Positions 19,751-29,578 of a stretch of 64,000 bases of DNA are shown piece by piece. The DNA is from an uncultured bacterium (GTDB lineage Bacteria > Oederibacteriota > JAAXVQ01 > JAUVAV01): contig CAVQBK010000003.1 in the NCBI GenBank assembly GCA_963710755.1, forward strand, positions 1,344,001 to 1,408,000, given 5' to 3'. Made by a program: the position numbers and the translations under genes. The notes under the pieces were generated by a model. That model did not search any database, was not told where the DNA came from, and saw nothing but the letters and a program-made list of their open reading frames with translations. The stretch's first letter is position 1. The number at the start of each line of letters is the position of its first letter.

Positions 19751-20207
19751 TGCAACTGGAACCCACCAGAATAGAAATTTATCAAGAGAGCTTTGAGCAG
19801 ATCTATGGTTCCGCCCCTTCGCCACAAATAAAAGATCAAATTGTACGCACCGTTGTTCACGAAGTTGCTCATTATATGGGCTTCAATGAAAAAGAAGTCC
19901 GGCAACGAGGCTATTAGAGTTTGTAGCCGGGTTATCTACGGCTTTTGCGTAGATCGTTTTTGTTGCGGAAACAGTTTTTATGATCTTAGCAAAACAGTCC
20001 TCTCCTCTTGGGAGAGGGAAGGTGAGGGATTTTCTTTAAAATAAATGCTTTTACCCTCTCATGCCTGATGCTTTTTACAAAAGCAAGTCCACCAATGCAA
20101 TTAACCTGCAAAGCTGTTTCATCCTGAAGCGATTTATATCTTTATAGTTGGTACGATGTCGTTTAAGATGATGTTTTTACTCGTAGAAGGCCATGTGAAG
20201 AATAGTT

Positions 20208-20315
20208 ATGTCTTCATGGGAAAGTTCAACTAAACTGGAAAAGAAAGCCCGGCAAGAGGAGAGGACCTTACCCTGGGTAGTGGCTAAAATATTGGAAGCC
20301 TATTTTGAAAAATAA
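20208..20315 (+). pseudogene. Possible ribbon-helix-helix (CopG/Arc-like) protein fragment
   Basis: Translates ..TKLEKKARQEERTLPWVVAKILEAYFEK*, an RHH-like helix pattern; only 35 aa. Confidence 0.3.
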
Positions 20316-20450
20316 TAAGATATGCCAATGACTCTACAGGTCATACTCCAAAAAGACGAAATAAAATACCTCAATCAATGCGTGTAATGCGGTACGTCCT
20401 TCGATAATGAGAGTTTGACTATTGCTGTTTTGATTGTTGAATTTTTAACT

Positions 20451-20618
20451 ATGCCGAAGCAAGAAAGAATAAACATAGAAGGCGGGATCTATCACGTAAT
20501 CCAGCGTGGGATCGAACGACGGAAGCTTTTCCTGGATAACAAGGACCGGGAAGAATTTCTGGGCTGGTTGGATATTGGGCTGAAGGCGACCGGACATTAA
20601 TGCTATGGTTGGGTTCTG
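20451..20618 (+). pseudogene. RAYT-like Y1 transposase 5' remnant
   Basis: MPKQERINIEGGIYHVIQRGIERRKLF..GH*CYGWVL aligns to the N-terminus of the 21805 protein; TAA at the Lys position, then truncated. Confidence 0.85.
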
Positions 20619-20737
20619 TGAGAGCCTGGAGTTGAGATTGCTCTGGGCTAATCGCCCCCAACAACTTTATTATAATTAAGCAACCTAAACAGCCAGTCGT
20701 TAATTAATAATGACAAAACCAAAAAAGGAGTAGGGCG

Positions 20738-21583
20738 ATGGAAAATATATTTAGTAATAACAAAACACTTTTATGGATATTAGGCATTACGATTTATATT
20801 ATTGTTGTGGTAATAGCCATTTTGGTATTAAAAAAATGGCCAGTACTTAGACAGTATATCGTTGGCAGCAAAGACAAACCGGTTATTTCACATACATTAA
20901 CCTCTGGGGTGTTTAGTCGATTTTTTGGATTTTTTACGAAACCTATTAGTTGGGGGATATTTATAGTCCTATTAGTCATCTATATTGGTGGTGACTATTT
21001 TTTCACATCTATTTTTAACAAAAATGATCAAAGTTTAAGTTTTGCAGTTTCTGTACCAAGTGAATTATTGGGTGCACTTGTCAGTACTATTGGCATAGCT
21101 TTTGTCATATTGATTTTGGGACGTCATATTAAAGTTTACGATAATCAATTACCACTAGGGGAACAACTTTTTAAAAATATTGATAAGCTTGTTCTATTAG
21201 TTGTTATTAAGGGGTGTCTCGGGGTCTTAATGGGCGCATTATTAATAATTCCTGGTATCGTTTTTTATTATGCTGTAGCGCCACTTTATGCATTTTGGTG
21301 GGTAAATAATTATCAATGCAAACAAACACTGGAGACATCATTAAGGCATACTTACGGCAATAGATTTTCCATATTCCTATATAATCTCGGTCTAGGGCTT
21401 ATATTAGGTGCTCCGATTGCTTTCCTTGGTGGAGTGTTATCAAAGGCGTTAGCTGAATCAGGTCTTTTATTTATTATAGTTGGAGCAGCTGGTCAGGCTT
21501 TAACACTTTTGCTTAGTGCGTTTTTTGCTTTAACTATATATGACAAACTTATCCCTCTTCATTCTAAGGAAGATGATGAATAA
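20738..21583 (+). CDS. AT-rich multi-pass membrane protein of unknown function
   Basis: 281 aa, many hydrophobic segments, LLIIPG motif; AGGAG RBS; composition unlike the core genes. Confidence 0.7.
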   Translation: MENIFSNNKTLLWILGITIYIIVVVIAILVLKKWPVLRQYIVGSKDKPVISHTLTSGVFSRFFGFFTKPISWGIFIVLLVIYIGGDYFFTSIFNKNDQSLSFAVSVPSELLGALVSTIGIAFVILILGRHIKVYDNQLPLGEQLFKNIDKLVLLVVIKGCLGVLMGALLIIPGIVFYYAVAPLYAFWWVNNYQCKQTLETSLRHTYGNRFSIFLYNLGLGLILGAPIAFLGGVLSKALAESGLLFIIVGAAGQALTLLLSAFFALTIYDKLIPLHSKEDDE

Positions 21584-21619
21584 AATAGCAAGACCAAACC
21601 GAAATACGTGCTTATCATA

Positions 21620-21657
21620 GGGGATGGACTTACTTAATAACCTATTGACATCATGAA
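21620..21657 (+). repeat. Orphan left end of a second RAYT-type element (copy of 39431-39468)
   Basis: GGGGATGGACTTACTTAATAACCTATTGACATCATGAA, 37/38 identical to the sequence upstream of the RAYT pseudogene at 39491. Confidence 0.8.
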
Positions 21658-21683
21658 TACCGTCCTAGGGGACGTCATATGTG

Positions 21684-21719
21684 GATTAGGACAGATTAGG
21701 GACGATTAGGGCGATTAGG
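21684..21719. repeat. Tandem GATTAGG array abutting the element end
   Basis: GATTAGG-ACA-GATTAGG-GAC-GATTAGG-GC-GATTAGG. Confidence 0.85.
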
Positions 21720-22832
21720 GGACATGTCTAACTTGAAACTATAGGCATGTCCTTTTTTTGTAAAAAAGTGAAATGAAAAAAGAAAAAGTCTGTCAAAAAG
21801 TATTATGCCAAGACAGCCAAGATTGGATATCGAAGGTGGATTCTATCATATAATTAATCGAGGGATAGAACGTCGAAAGATATTCAAAAAGCCAAAAGAT
21901 TATAAAATGTTCATTCAAACACTGGGAGCTTTACTATTAGAAGAAGGACATAAGTGTTATGGGTGGGTATTAATGTCAAATCATTATCATTTATTAATAG
22001 AGCGGGGAGAACAACCATTATCCCGTTTTATGACTCGCCTTCAGACTACATATGCTGGATACTTCAATAGAACATATCATCGGAATGGACGATTTTTTCA
22101 GAATCGTTATAAAGCAATATTATGTGACAAAGAAAGTTATTTTTTAGAACTGATCGCGTATATTCATTTGAATCCATTAAAAGCTGGGATGGTAAAAGAT
22201 TTGGATGAATTGATAAATTATCGTTGGAGTGGCCATCGTGCGTTATTAGGGCAAGAGAATAGGAAATGGCAAGAAATCAATGAGGCGTTAGGAAGATTTG
22301 GTAAAACGTATAAAGAAGCGCGAAGTAAATATATTCAATATTTGAAAAATAAAACAAAAGAGGAAAAGGATTTGTCAGGTGGAGGTTTAGTTCGAAGCGC
22401 GGGCAGTTTAAAAGTAGTAATTAAAAGAAAAAAAGACGAGAGGGAATTATATGATAGTCGTATATTAGGAGATGGACAATTTGTAGAAACAGCCGCCAAA
22501 GTATTTGAAGAAAAAATAAATATTGAAAAAGAAATAAAAAATATAAATGAAGAAATGATTATAAAACAAGCAAGTTTAATATTTAATATAGCATATGAAG
22601 AATTAAAGAAACCAGGTCGTTCATTATCGCATCGTGTTGTAAAAGCAAGAGCATTGATAATTTATATTAGTACAAAATATTTTAAAATTAAGCAAAATAT
22701 ATGGGTTCAATATTATAAAATAAGTTCAGCAGCTGTAAGTAAGTTGTTTTTATTGGGAGCACAATTAGAGAAGGAAAATAGGGATACAGTGAATGAGTTT
22801 GTAAAGTTTGAAGTTAGACATGTCCCCTAATC
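21713..22832 (+). mobile_element. RAYT-like Y1/HUH transposase element, copy 1 (1120 bp)
   Basis: Perfect 22-bp TIR GATTAGGGGACATGTCTAACTT (21713-21734) and its inverse (22811-22832); AT-rich; near-identical to 36268-37386. Confidence 0.9.
21805..22830 (+). CDS. REP-associated tyrosine (Y1/HUH) transposase with DnaA_C-like helical C-terminal domain
   Basis: MPRQPR, YHIINRG, LMSNHYHLL (HUH), FFQNRY, YIHLNP, YRWS; stop codon lies inside the right TIR. Confidence 0.9.
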   Translation: MPRQPRLDIEGGFYHIINRGIERRKIFKKPKDYKMFIQTLGALLLEEGHKCYGWVLMSNHYHLLIERGEQPLSRFMTRLQTTYAGYFNRTYHRNGRFFQNRYKAILCDKESYFLELIAYIHLNPLKAGMVKDLDELINYRWSGHRALLGQENRKWQEINEALGRFGKTYKEARSKYIQYLKNKTKEEKDLSGGGLVRSAGSLKVVIKRKKDERELYDSRILGDGQFVETAAKVFEEKINIEKEIKNINEEMIIKQASLIFNIAYEELKKPGRSLSHRVVKARALIIYISTKYFKIKQNIWVQYYKISSAAVSKLFLLGAQLEKENRDTVNEFVKFEVRHVP

Positions 22833-22842
22833 TGCCCTAATC

Positions 22843-23397
22843 TTCACCGTCCAATGGTATCGATTACATGTTTCATATGACCGGGGGTTCACAAGGCAGG
22901 TCGATTCAGCTTAATGGCGCTATATCGCTCCCGACAACTACGTACCTCAACACGGGAGCTGAATTTATCTATTTTCCTCCTATGCTTGATGGCTTGGTGG
23001 ACCAATTCGTGACTGGTCTCCATAAGGAACCGAAATTTCATGATGATACAAAGTATCATGATAGTTGTGTCAGGCAATTGAATCAAATTCTTTAAAAATA
23101 AGAGGTGGTGGCATTTTCTTTATCACACAACTTCTGGCTGCGGCACATCCGGATGAGTATGTGGTATTGGAAGAAAATGTATCAAAAGCTCTCAGGCACT
23201 TGGGCATTACAGATATTTTTGTTCAGAACGACACTGGCAATGGCTATATTTATATCAATGAAATTTGTAAGAAACTATACCGGGACAAACTTAAAAATCG
23301 ATTGAAAGATTTTGATTTTGGAATGTCAGCTGCAACGCACAATTTTCTCTGGCACTACTATGTACATTACCGTGAAAATGGTATCTGGTTCCAGTAA
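22843..23397 (+). pseudogene. 5'-truncated, frame-disrupted gene fragment of unknown function
   Basis: Two overlapping short frames (22868-23095, 23065-23397) beginning directly at the element edge with no RBS. Confidence 0.45.
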
Positions 23398-23449
23398 GTT
23401 TACGTAGAGAATTCCAGGCAAGGTATCTTCCTAGCGGAAAGACACGAAA

Positions 23450-24820
23450 ATGGATATTGAACAAACTAACGCTATATTGGAAAGCATCTCAGACGGAGTG
23501 TTTACGGTTGATCTTAACTGGAAGGTAACTTCGTTCAACCGTGCGGCTGAAGAGATTACCGGCATTCCGAGAGCCGAGGCCATTGGACGCTTTTGTTCCG
23601 AGGTGCTCCGTTCAAACTTGTGCGAGCAGGCTTGCGCTTTGCGCCGGACCTTGGAAACCGGGAACCCGGTTATTAATAAAACGTGTTTTATCATTAATGC
23701 CAAGGGCGAGCGCATCCCTATTAGCATATCTACTGCGGTTTTGCGCGACGCGGAAGGTCATACCATTGGCGGGGCCGAAACATTCCGGGATTTGAGCGAG
23801 GTAGAGGCTTTGCGTCAGGAACTTACCGGGCGCTTTTCTATCGGCGATCTGGTGAGCCGCAGCGCCTCCATGCGAAAAGTGTTTGAACTGGTTCCGGCAA
23901 TTGCGCCCACATCCTCCACGGTATTGATCCAGGGCGAGACTGGCACTGGCAAGGAGTTGCTGGCGCGAGCCATCCATGGATCGAGTCCGAGAGCGGAAAA
24001 ACCGTTTGTAGCCATCAATTGTGCTGCCCTGCCTGATACTCTTTTAGAATCAGAGTTGTTTGGATATAAAAAGGGTGCGTTTACCGGCGCGACACAGGAC
24101 AAACCAGGACGATTTGCGCAGGCTGCTGACGGTGCGTTGTTTTTAGATGAGATCGGTGACATCAGCCCGGCCATGCAGGTTCGTCTTTTGCGAGTATTGC
24201 AGGAACATCGATTTGAGCCTTTGGGCAGCAACCGCAGCGAACGCACGGAAGCCAGAATTATTGCAGCCACCAACCGTGATCTGGCAGAGTTGGTCAAGCA
24301 AGGAACATTTCGGGAAGACCTTTTCTATCGCATTAATGTCATTCGCATCGATCTGCCGCCTCTCCGGCAGCGCAAGGAAGATATTCCCCTTTTGATTGAT
24401 CATTTTGTGGAACGTTTCGACCGGCTCCAGAACAAGCATATCTCCGGAGTTGCTACGGACGCGCTTTCTTTATTAATGGCGCATGATTGGCCCGGCAATG
24501 TCCGGGAGTTGGAAAATATTATTGAACGGTCGTTTATCCTCTGCACGGGGAAGTGGATCACGCTGGAGCATTTGCCGGAAGAGATGACCAAGGGGAAAAA
24601 AAGCCGGGAGAATTCCGGCCACATTGGGGTAAGCAGGCGCATGGCGGAGGCGCAAACGATATTAAACGCCATGAAGCGTCATAATTATAAACGGATGGCC
24701 GTTGCTCGCGAATTGGGTATTCATAAAACCACCTTGTACCGGAAACTTAAAGCGTTGGGAATAGATTTGCCGAAAAAAGACGGGCGTTCGGCTCCGGAAT
24801 CCGGGAAAAAGGCGCGATAA
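23450..24820 (+). CDS. PAS-domain sigma54-dependent enhancer-binding protein (NtrC/Fis family)
   Basis: PAS N-terminus, GETGTGKE, ESELFG, GAFTGA, FLDEIG, FREDLFYR, WPGNVREL, C-terminal HTH. Confidence 0.95.
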   Translation: MDIEQTNAILESISDGVFTVDLNWKVTSFNRAAEEITGIPRAEAIGRFCSEVLRSNLCEQACALRRTLETGNPVINKTCFIINAKGERIPISISTAVLRDAEGHTIGGAETFRDLSEVEALRQELTGRFSIGDLVSRSASMRKVFELVPAIAPTSSTVLIQGETGTGKELLARAIHGSSPRAEKPFVAINCAALPDTLLESELFGYKKGAFTGATQDKPGRFAQAADGALFLDEIGDISPAMQVRLLRVLQEHRFEPLGSNRSERTEARIIAATNRDLAELVKQGTFREDLFYRINVIRIDLPPLRQRKEDIPLLIDHFVERFDRLQNKHISGVATDALSLLMAHDWPGNVRELENIIERSFILCTGKWITLEHLPEEMTKGKKSRENSGHIGVSRRMAEAQTILNAMKRHNYKRMAVARELGIHKTTLYRKLKALGIDLPKKDGRSAPESGKKAR

Positions 24821-24945
24821 CGCTACGGTTGTATGACCACATAGTTGCTGAAATGCACCAGTAAAATTTTTGTTATTCCTCCTAGAATTCAATTTTATCC
24901 TTTATTTTCAAATACAATTCATAAAAACATGAATGGCAATATAAA

Positions 24946-24961
24946 TGGCACAGCTTTTGCA
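24946..24961 (+). promoter_or_regulatory. Sigma54 -24/-12 promoter
   Basis: TGGCACAGCTTTTGCA matches TGGCAC-N5-TTGCW, downstream of an AT-rich spacer and an EBP gene. Confidence 0.85.
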
Positions 24962-24975
24962 TTTATTAACCTGTG

Positions 24976-25380
24976 ATGACTATGAAAATTGCCCTCATAA
25001 TATTTAATGATCGTATTGCTCCGGTTTTTGATGTAGCTTGCCAGGCATTGCTGGTAGACGTCAAATCCGGCGGAGTTTGTGAAGAATCGCTGGTTACAAT
25101 GCCGGACGATTCGGCTGAGGCCAAGGTGTTGAAATTGGCTGAACTGGGAGTTGCGACACTTATCTGCGGGGCTATTTCCAAGCCTGTTTTGTTACTGGCT
25201 CAAGCCCATAACATTCGAGTTACTGGTTTTGTCTCAGGTGAAATACGCCAGGTCTTGCAGGCTTTTAGAAATGGAAGTCTGCATAGAGGCGAGTTTAGCA
25301 TGCCAGGGTGCAGAAGGATGGGCCGATGCGGGGGTGGCCACGGCCGTCAAAGGCGTGGTTGTTCGGATCAGATCGGTTGA
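24976..25380 (+). CDS. NifB/NifX-family protein (start uncertain)
   Basis: MKIAL, RIAPVFD, LICGAIS, MPGC, Gly/Arg tail. Confidence 0.8.
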   Translation: MTMKIALIIFNDRIAPVFDVACQALLVDVKSGGVCEESLVTMPDDSAEAKVLKLAELGVATLICGAISKPVLLLAQAHNIRVTGFVSGEIRQVLQAFRNGSLHRGEFSMPGCRRMGRCGGGHGRQRRGCSDQIG

Positions 25381-25411
25381 ATGAAGCGGTAAATAAAAGG
25401 AGGCTATTACC

Positions 25412-25636
25412 ATGCCAAGAGGAGACGGAACGGGACCAAGAGGAATGGGAGCAGGCGGTGGAAAAGGACAAGCTCAAGGTGGCCAAAGACTCGGTCGTAT
25501 AGGCGGTTCTTTGGCGGCCGGGCCTATCGGATACTGCGTCTGCCCACAGTGTGGGAAAACAGAACCACACAAACGCGGCGTTCCCTGTGCCGAGCATAAA
25601 TGCCCGAAGTGTGGGACCGTTATGACAAGGCAATAA
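25412..25636 (+). CDS. DUF5320-like small protein with C-terminal CxCxxC..CxxC zinc ribbon
   Basis: MPRGDGTGPRGMG; CVCPQCG..CAEHKCPKCG; AGGAGG RBS. Confidence 0.8.
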   Translation: MPRGDGTGPRGMGAGGGKGQAQGGQRLGRIGGSLAAGPIGYCVCPQCGKTEPHKRGVPCAEHKCPKCGTVMTRQ

Positions 25637-25662
25637 AAATTAATTCTAAGGAGGATATTACC

Positions 25663-26019
25663 ATGCCACGAGGAGACAGGACAGGTCCAAGGGAATTGGG
25701 AGCGATGACAGGACGGGGGGCTGGGTATTGCGCAGGTTTTCAGACATCCGGATATGCCAATCAAATTTCTGGACGCGGATTTGGAATGGGATTCGGACGC
25801 GGTGGAGGTTTTATGGGTGGTGGCCATGGTTGGAGGAATTGGTTTCATGCTACGGGGATACCTGGCTGGATGAAGTTTGGTGGAAATTCAGAGCCATCTC
25901 AGAAATATGATCCAGAAACAGAGCGGCAAGCACTGAAGAACCAAGCTGAAATACTGCAAGCAGAAATGGGTAGTATCAAAAAACGGCTGGATGAGCTGGA
26001 TGCTAGCAAAGGGGCATGA
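25663..26019 (+). CDS. DUF5320-family protein
   Basis: MPRGDRTGP..GAMTGRGAGYC, Gly-rich middle, coiled-coil end. Confidence 0.85.
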   Translation: MPRGDRTGPRELGAMTGRGAGYCAGFQTSGYANQISGRGFGMGFGRGGGFMGGGHGWRNWFHATGIPGWMKFGGNSEPSQKYDPETERQALKNQAEILQAEMGSIKKRLDELDASKGA

Positions 26020-26022
26020 TGA

Positions 26023-26463
26023 ATGAAGCTCGGCATCATTATTTGCGCTCGTTATCAATCATGTGGTGGTGGCAAGTGCTTTCGGGCGCTGCGTGAACGT
26101 TGCGGTGGATTTGCTCGATACGCTGCGGACGAGCCGGTTGAGATCGTTGGCTATTCAAGCTGTGGAAGCTGTCCTGGCGGCAATGTGGAATACGTTCCGG
26201 CTGAGTTTGTGAAAAACGGGTGTGATGTTATCCACCTGGCAACGGGTTTGGTGGTGGGCTATCCTCCGTGCCCCTATATCCGCCAATTCAAAACATTTAT
26301 CGAAAAGCAGTATAGATTGCCGGTGATTGTGGGTACTCATCCCATCCCTTTGAAATACTGGGAAACCCATAACAAACTTACCCACTGGGATGAAACAGGG
26401 ATGCGAGAACTTGCGGCCGATCTTTTGGCCACACGCCGTGATGTGATGGAGTCGTACAACTGA
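26023..26463 (+). CDS. CGGC-domain protein
   Basis: CGGGKCF, CGSCPG, IHLATG, PPCP, VGTH. Confidence 0.85.
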   Translation: MKLGIIICARYQSCGGGKCFRALRERCGGFARYAADEPVEIVGYSSCGSCPGGNVEYVPAEFVKNGCDVIHLATGLVVGYPPCPYIRQFKTFIEKQYRLPVIVGTHPIPLKYWETHNKLTHWDETGMRELAADLLATRRDVMESYN

Positions 26464-26582
26464 GAGGATAGCCGAAGAAATAGAACTCGAATTGAGTATT
26501 GCCAATGTATTAAATTGGCCAGTAATAAAAAGCCAATAGAAGTTACCTGGGTGGGGAAGAATAATTTTCGGAGGCATTCATT

Positions 26583-27596
26583 ATGGTTATTGTCATGCGT
26601 CAAGATGCTACCCAGGAGCAACTGGATCATTTTTTGGAAAAGTTAAAAGAAAAAGGATTGACCCCGCATGTTTCACGAGGAACCGAGCGAACCATCGTGG
26701 GCGCGATTGGGGACGAGCGTATATTGCAGTCTGTGCCTTTGGCAGCTTTCCCAGGCGTGGAGCAGGTGATGCCAATCCTGCAACCGTTCAAGCTGGCGTC
26801 CAAGGAGTTTAAAAAAGAGCCGACCGTGGTGGATGTGGGCGGAGTGAAAATTGGCGGTGGGTATTTTGGTTTGATCGCCGGGCCCTGCTCAGTTGAAAAT
26901 TGGGAAACACTGATTACCGCAGCCCGGCAGGTTAAAGCTGCCGGAGCCAATCTGCTGCGCGTAGGTGCTTTCAAACCCAGAACCAGCCCCTATGCTTTTC
27001 AAGGATTAGGTGAGGAGGGTTTGAAACTGTTGGCTCAAGCCCGCCAGGAAACCGGATTGCCAGTTATAACAGAAGTGATGAATATCAGTTAGGTTGAGCT
27101 GGTGGCCCAATATGCGGACATGCTCCAGATTGGTGCGAGGAATATGCAGAATTTCGACCTGCTCAAGGCGGTGGGCGATATTAAAAAGCCCATCCTGCTC
27201 AAGCGCGGGCTGGCGGCCACCATCAAAGAATGGCTCATGTCTGCGGAATATGTTCTTTCCCGTGGCAATTACCAGGTGGTGTTATGCGAACGGGGTATCC
27301 GTACGTTTGAAACTTATACCCGGAATACTTTAGACCTGGCGGCGGTGGCAGCGATCCACGAGCTTTCTCACTTGCCTGTCATTGTTGATCCCTCGCATGG
27401 AACCGGAAAGCGCAGCTTGGTCAGCAGCATGTCCTGCGCAGGGGTGGTTGCTGGGGCAGACGGCTTGACCATTGAAGTCCATCCGAATCCAGAAGAAGCT
27501 ATGTCCGATGGGGATCAATCCTTGTATCCGGCAGAGTTTGAAAAGCTGGCGGCCAGTATCAAACCCCTGCTGCTGATTATGCAGCAAAAAATATAG
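26583..27596 (+). pseudogene. aroF: DAHP synthase (type I-beta, ACT-regulated) with in-frame amber stop at 27090-27092
   Basis: [57 protein letters not shown]; both halves in the same frame. Confidence 0.9.
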
Positions 27597-27688
27597 ACTG
27601 GAGGTGAAACGATCTCTTTATTGGCAATGACAAGAATAGTAGAAATGACATTTTGAGAATATATAAAAACTACTAAGGAGATGACATT

Positions 27689-28405
27689 ATGGAAACAAAT
27701 AATGAAACACTTAGCACTTCAATGCCGCGCATTGGAGACAAAGCTCCCAGCTTCAAAGCAGTAACAACCCAGGGTGAGATTGATTTCCCCGGACAGTACT
27801 CGGGTAGTTGGGTTATTCTTTTCAGTCATCCCGCCGACTTCACGCCTGTATGCACCTCGGAGTTTATGACATTTGCTTCGATGGAGGAAGAGTTCGCGAA
27901 ATTGAATTGCAAATTGGTGGGGCTTTCAATTGACGGGCTTTACAGCCATATTGCTTGGCTGCGGACCATCAAGGAGAAAATCGAATACAAAGGCATGAAA
28001 AATATTGAAGTCAAGTTTCCGTTGATAGAAGACGTTTCGATGGAAGTCGCCAAGAAATATGGAATGCTTCAACCGGGTGAGAGCACAACCAAAGCAGTGC
28101 GCGCCGTGTTCGTGATCGATCCCAAGGGGATGATTCGTACCATTATCTATTACCCTCTTAGTTTGGGACGCAATTTCGATGAGCTGCTCCGCGTGGTAAT
28201 CGCTTTGCAGACTGCGGATGCTTTCTCCGTGGCTACTCCTGCGGACTGGAGACCCGGTGACGATGTTATTGTGCCGACCGCCGGTTCATGCGGCGTTGCC
28301 AAGGACCGCATGGAAGGAAAAGAAGATATTAAATGCCATGACTGGTTCTTCTGCACCAAAAAGATAGACAAAGAGAAAGTAATGAGCACTATTAGGAAAA
28401 AGTAA
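27689..28405 (+). CDS. Peroxiredoxin (Prx6/archaeal-type AhpC/TSA)
   Basis: FSHPADFTPVCTSE, VRAVFVIDP, GRNFDE, TPADW, CHDWFFC. Confidence 0.93.
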   Translation: METNNETLSTSMPRIGDKAPSFKAVTTQGEIDFPGQYSGSWVILFSHPADFTPVCTSEFMTFASMEEEFAKLNCKLVGLSIDGLYSHIAWLRTIKEKIEYKGMKNIEVKFPLIEDVSMEVAKKYGMLQPGESTTKAVRAVFVIDPKGMIRTIIYYPLSLGRNFDELLRVVIALQTADAFSVATPADWRPGDDVIVPTAGSCGVAKDRMEGKEDIKCHDWFFCTKKIDKEKVMSTIRKK

Positions 28406-28423
28406 AAACGAACTTCAATTTAA

Positions 28424-29551
28424 TTGTCGCGGGGGAAAGTGGAATTGAATTTAGAGAATATTAGATCACGAATGGGGCAATACTTGCCAAATAAGTACAA
28501 CCCGGTTATGCGAATTATATTTAGGCTTCGCCCTATCCGAATATTGCTCGTCATAGCAGCGGGGATTATTCTTTGTGGGCTGATAGGTTTGATGTTGAAA
28601 TCCAGTGCGAAGATGATTGCCAAGCCAGTTGATACCCCGGCGCCTGTTATGCATGATCTTATGCAGAAACAACTGTCTGGCTATTCAGACGGCGAGTTTA
28701 ATCTGCCTCTGGACAGTATAAATCTCGATTTACTGGAAGTTAAACCGGTAAAGGAAACCACGTCTTCCGAAGTTGCGGAACTTGAGAGGTATACTCGCTT
28801 TGTTAATCCGGAAACGGTTACTTTCCAATTGTATACCATCAAGCTCAGAGACAATTACTGGGCATTGGCCAAGCGCATGGGATATACCATTGACAGCATT
28901 GTGGGATGCAACCCGCAGCTCAAAAAAATAACCTGCTACCAGGGGCAAAAAATATTGCTGCCTTCCCGGGGTGGATCGTTGCACTGTGTCCAGACGGATG
29001 AATCATTGGGGAAAATAGCTCTGCTATACTCCGTTGATTCGGATGTGATATTGAAAGCTAATGTGATCGACAGCAAGTGGGGAATTATCCCGGGCATGTG
29101 GCTGTTTATTCCCGGAGCAAAGCCCCGCTGTTTGACGGATGGAATACGCAAGGAATATGCAAGACGCGCCCTGTTACGATCGCCATTGAATGGCCGGTAT
29201 ACATCCTTTGTCGGTAATCGCATTCATCCTGTGCTGGGTTTCTCGAAATATCATAACGGGGTGGATATTGCCTGCCGTCAAGGCACATGGGTGGGCGCCG
29301 CAGCTTCGGGCACCGTTGAGGTTGCGGGCTGGGGAGGAGCTGTCGGGCAATATATTAAAATCGATCATCATAACGGCTATAAAACCATGTATGGGCACTT
29401 AAGCAAGATTCACGTCCGACAAGGGCAAACTGTGAGGGGCGGGCAATTGATTGCGCGTTCCGGGTCCACCGGACGCTCCACGGGCCCGCATCTGCATTTT
29501 ACGATCTGGGAAAATGGTGGGGTTAAAAATCCCATGGATTATCTTTGGTGA
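28424..29551 (+). CDS. LysM + M23 peptidoglycan endopeptidase (start uncertain)
   Basis: N-terminal TM, two LysM-like repeats, HNGVDI, YGHLS, GRSTGPHLHF. Confidence 0.88.
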   Translation: MSRGKVELNLENIRSRMGQYLPNKYNPVMRIIFRLRPIRILLVIAAGIILCGLIGLMLKSSAKMIAKPVDTPAPVMHDLMQKQLSGYSDGEFNLPLDSINLDLLEVKPVKETTSSEVAELERYTRFVNPETVTFQLYTIKLRDNYWALAKRMGYTIDSIVGCNPQLKKITCYQGQKILLPSRGGSLHCVQTDESLGKIALLYSVDSDVILKANVIDSKWGIIPGMWLFIPGAKPRCLTDGIRKEYARRALLRSPLNGRYTSFVGNRIHPVLGFSKYHNGVDIACRQGTWVGAAASGTVEVAGWGGAVGQYIKIDHHNGYKTMYGHLSKIHVRQGQTVRGGQLIARSGSTGRSTGPHLHFTIWENGGVKNPMDYLW

Positions 29552-29578
29552 GAAATAGGGAGTGAAAAGGAGCAAAAC

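Larger units (their letters stand above)
18186..19917 (+). pseudogene. Zincin-like (DUF1025/Zincin_1) metallopeptidase gene interrupted by IS256
   Basis: Removing the IS and one TSD restores ..AVQLEPTRIEIYQ..TVVHEVAHYMG; uninterrupted sequence seen at 37389-37667. Confidence 0.9.

Noticed and set aside
19841-20044. ORFs MYAPLFTK.. (also 37591-37899)
   Set aside because: Alternative frames of the duplicated zincin 3' end
20620-20720. Possible integron attC/attI before the AT-rich membrane gene
   Set aside because: No clear paired RYYYAAC/GTTRRRY boxes, no second site after the gene and no integron integrase
21684-21720. GATTAGG array as a CRISPR array or true telomere (contains TTAGGG)
   Set aside because: Units are 7-11 bp with 2-3-bp spacers, there are no cas genes, the position is internal, and the units are copies of the adjacent TIR tip
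27090-27092. Pyrrolysine or genetic-code reassignment of TAG
   Set aside because: TAG ends many intact genes here (3252, 4801, 8305, 14157) and the gene has a second damaging change
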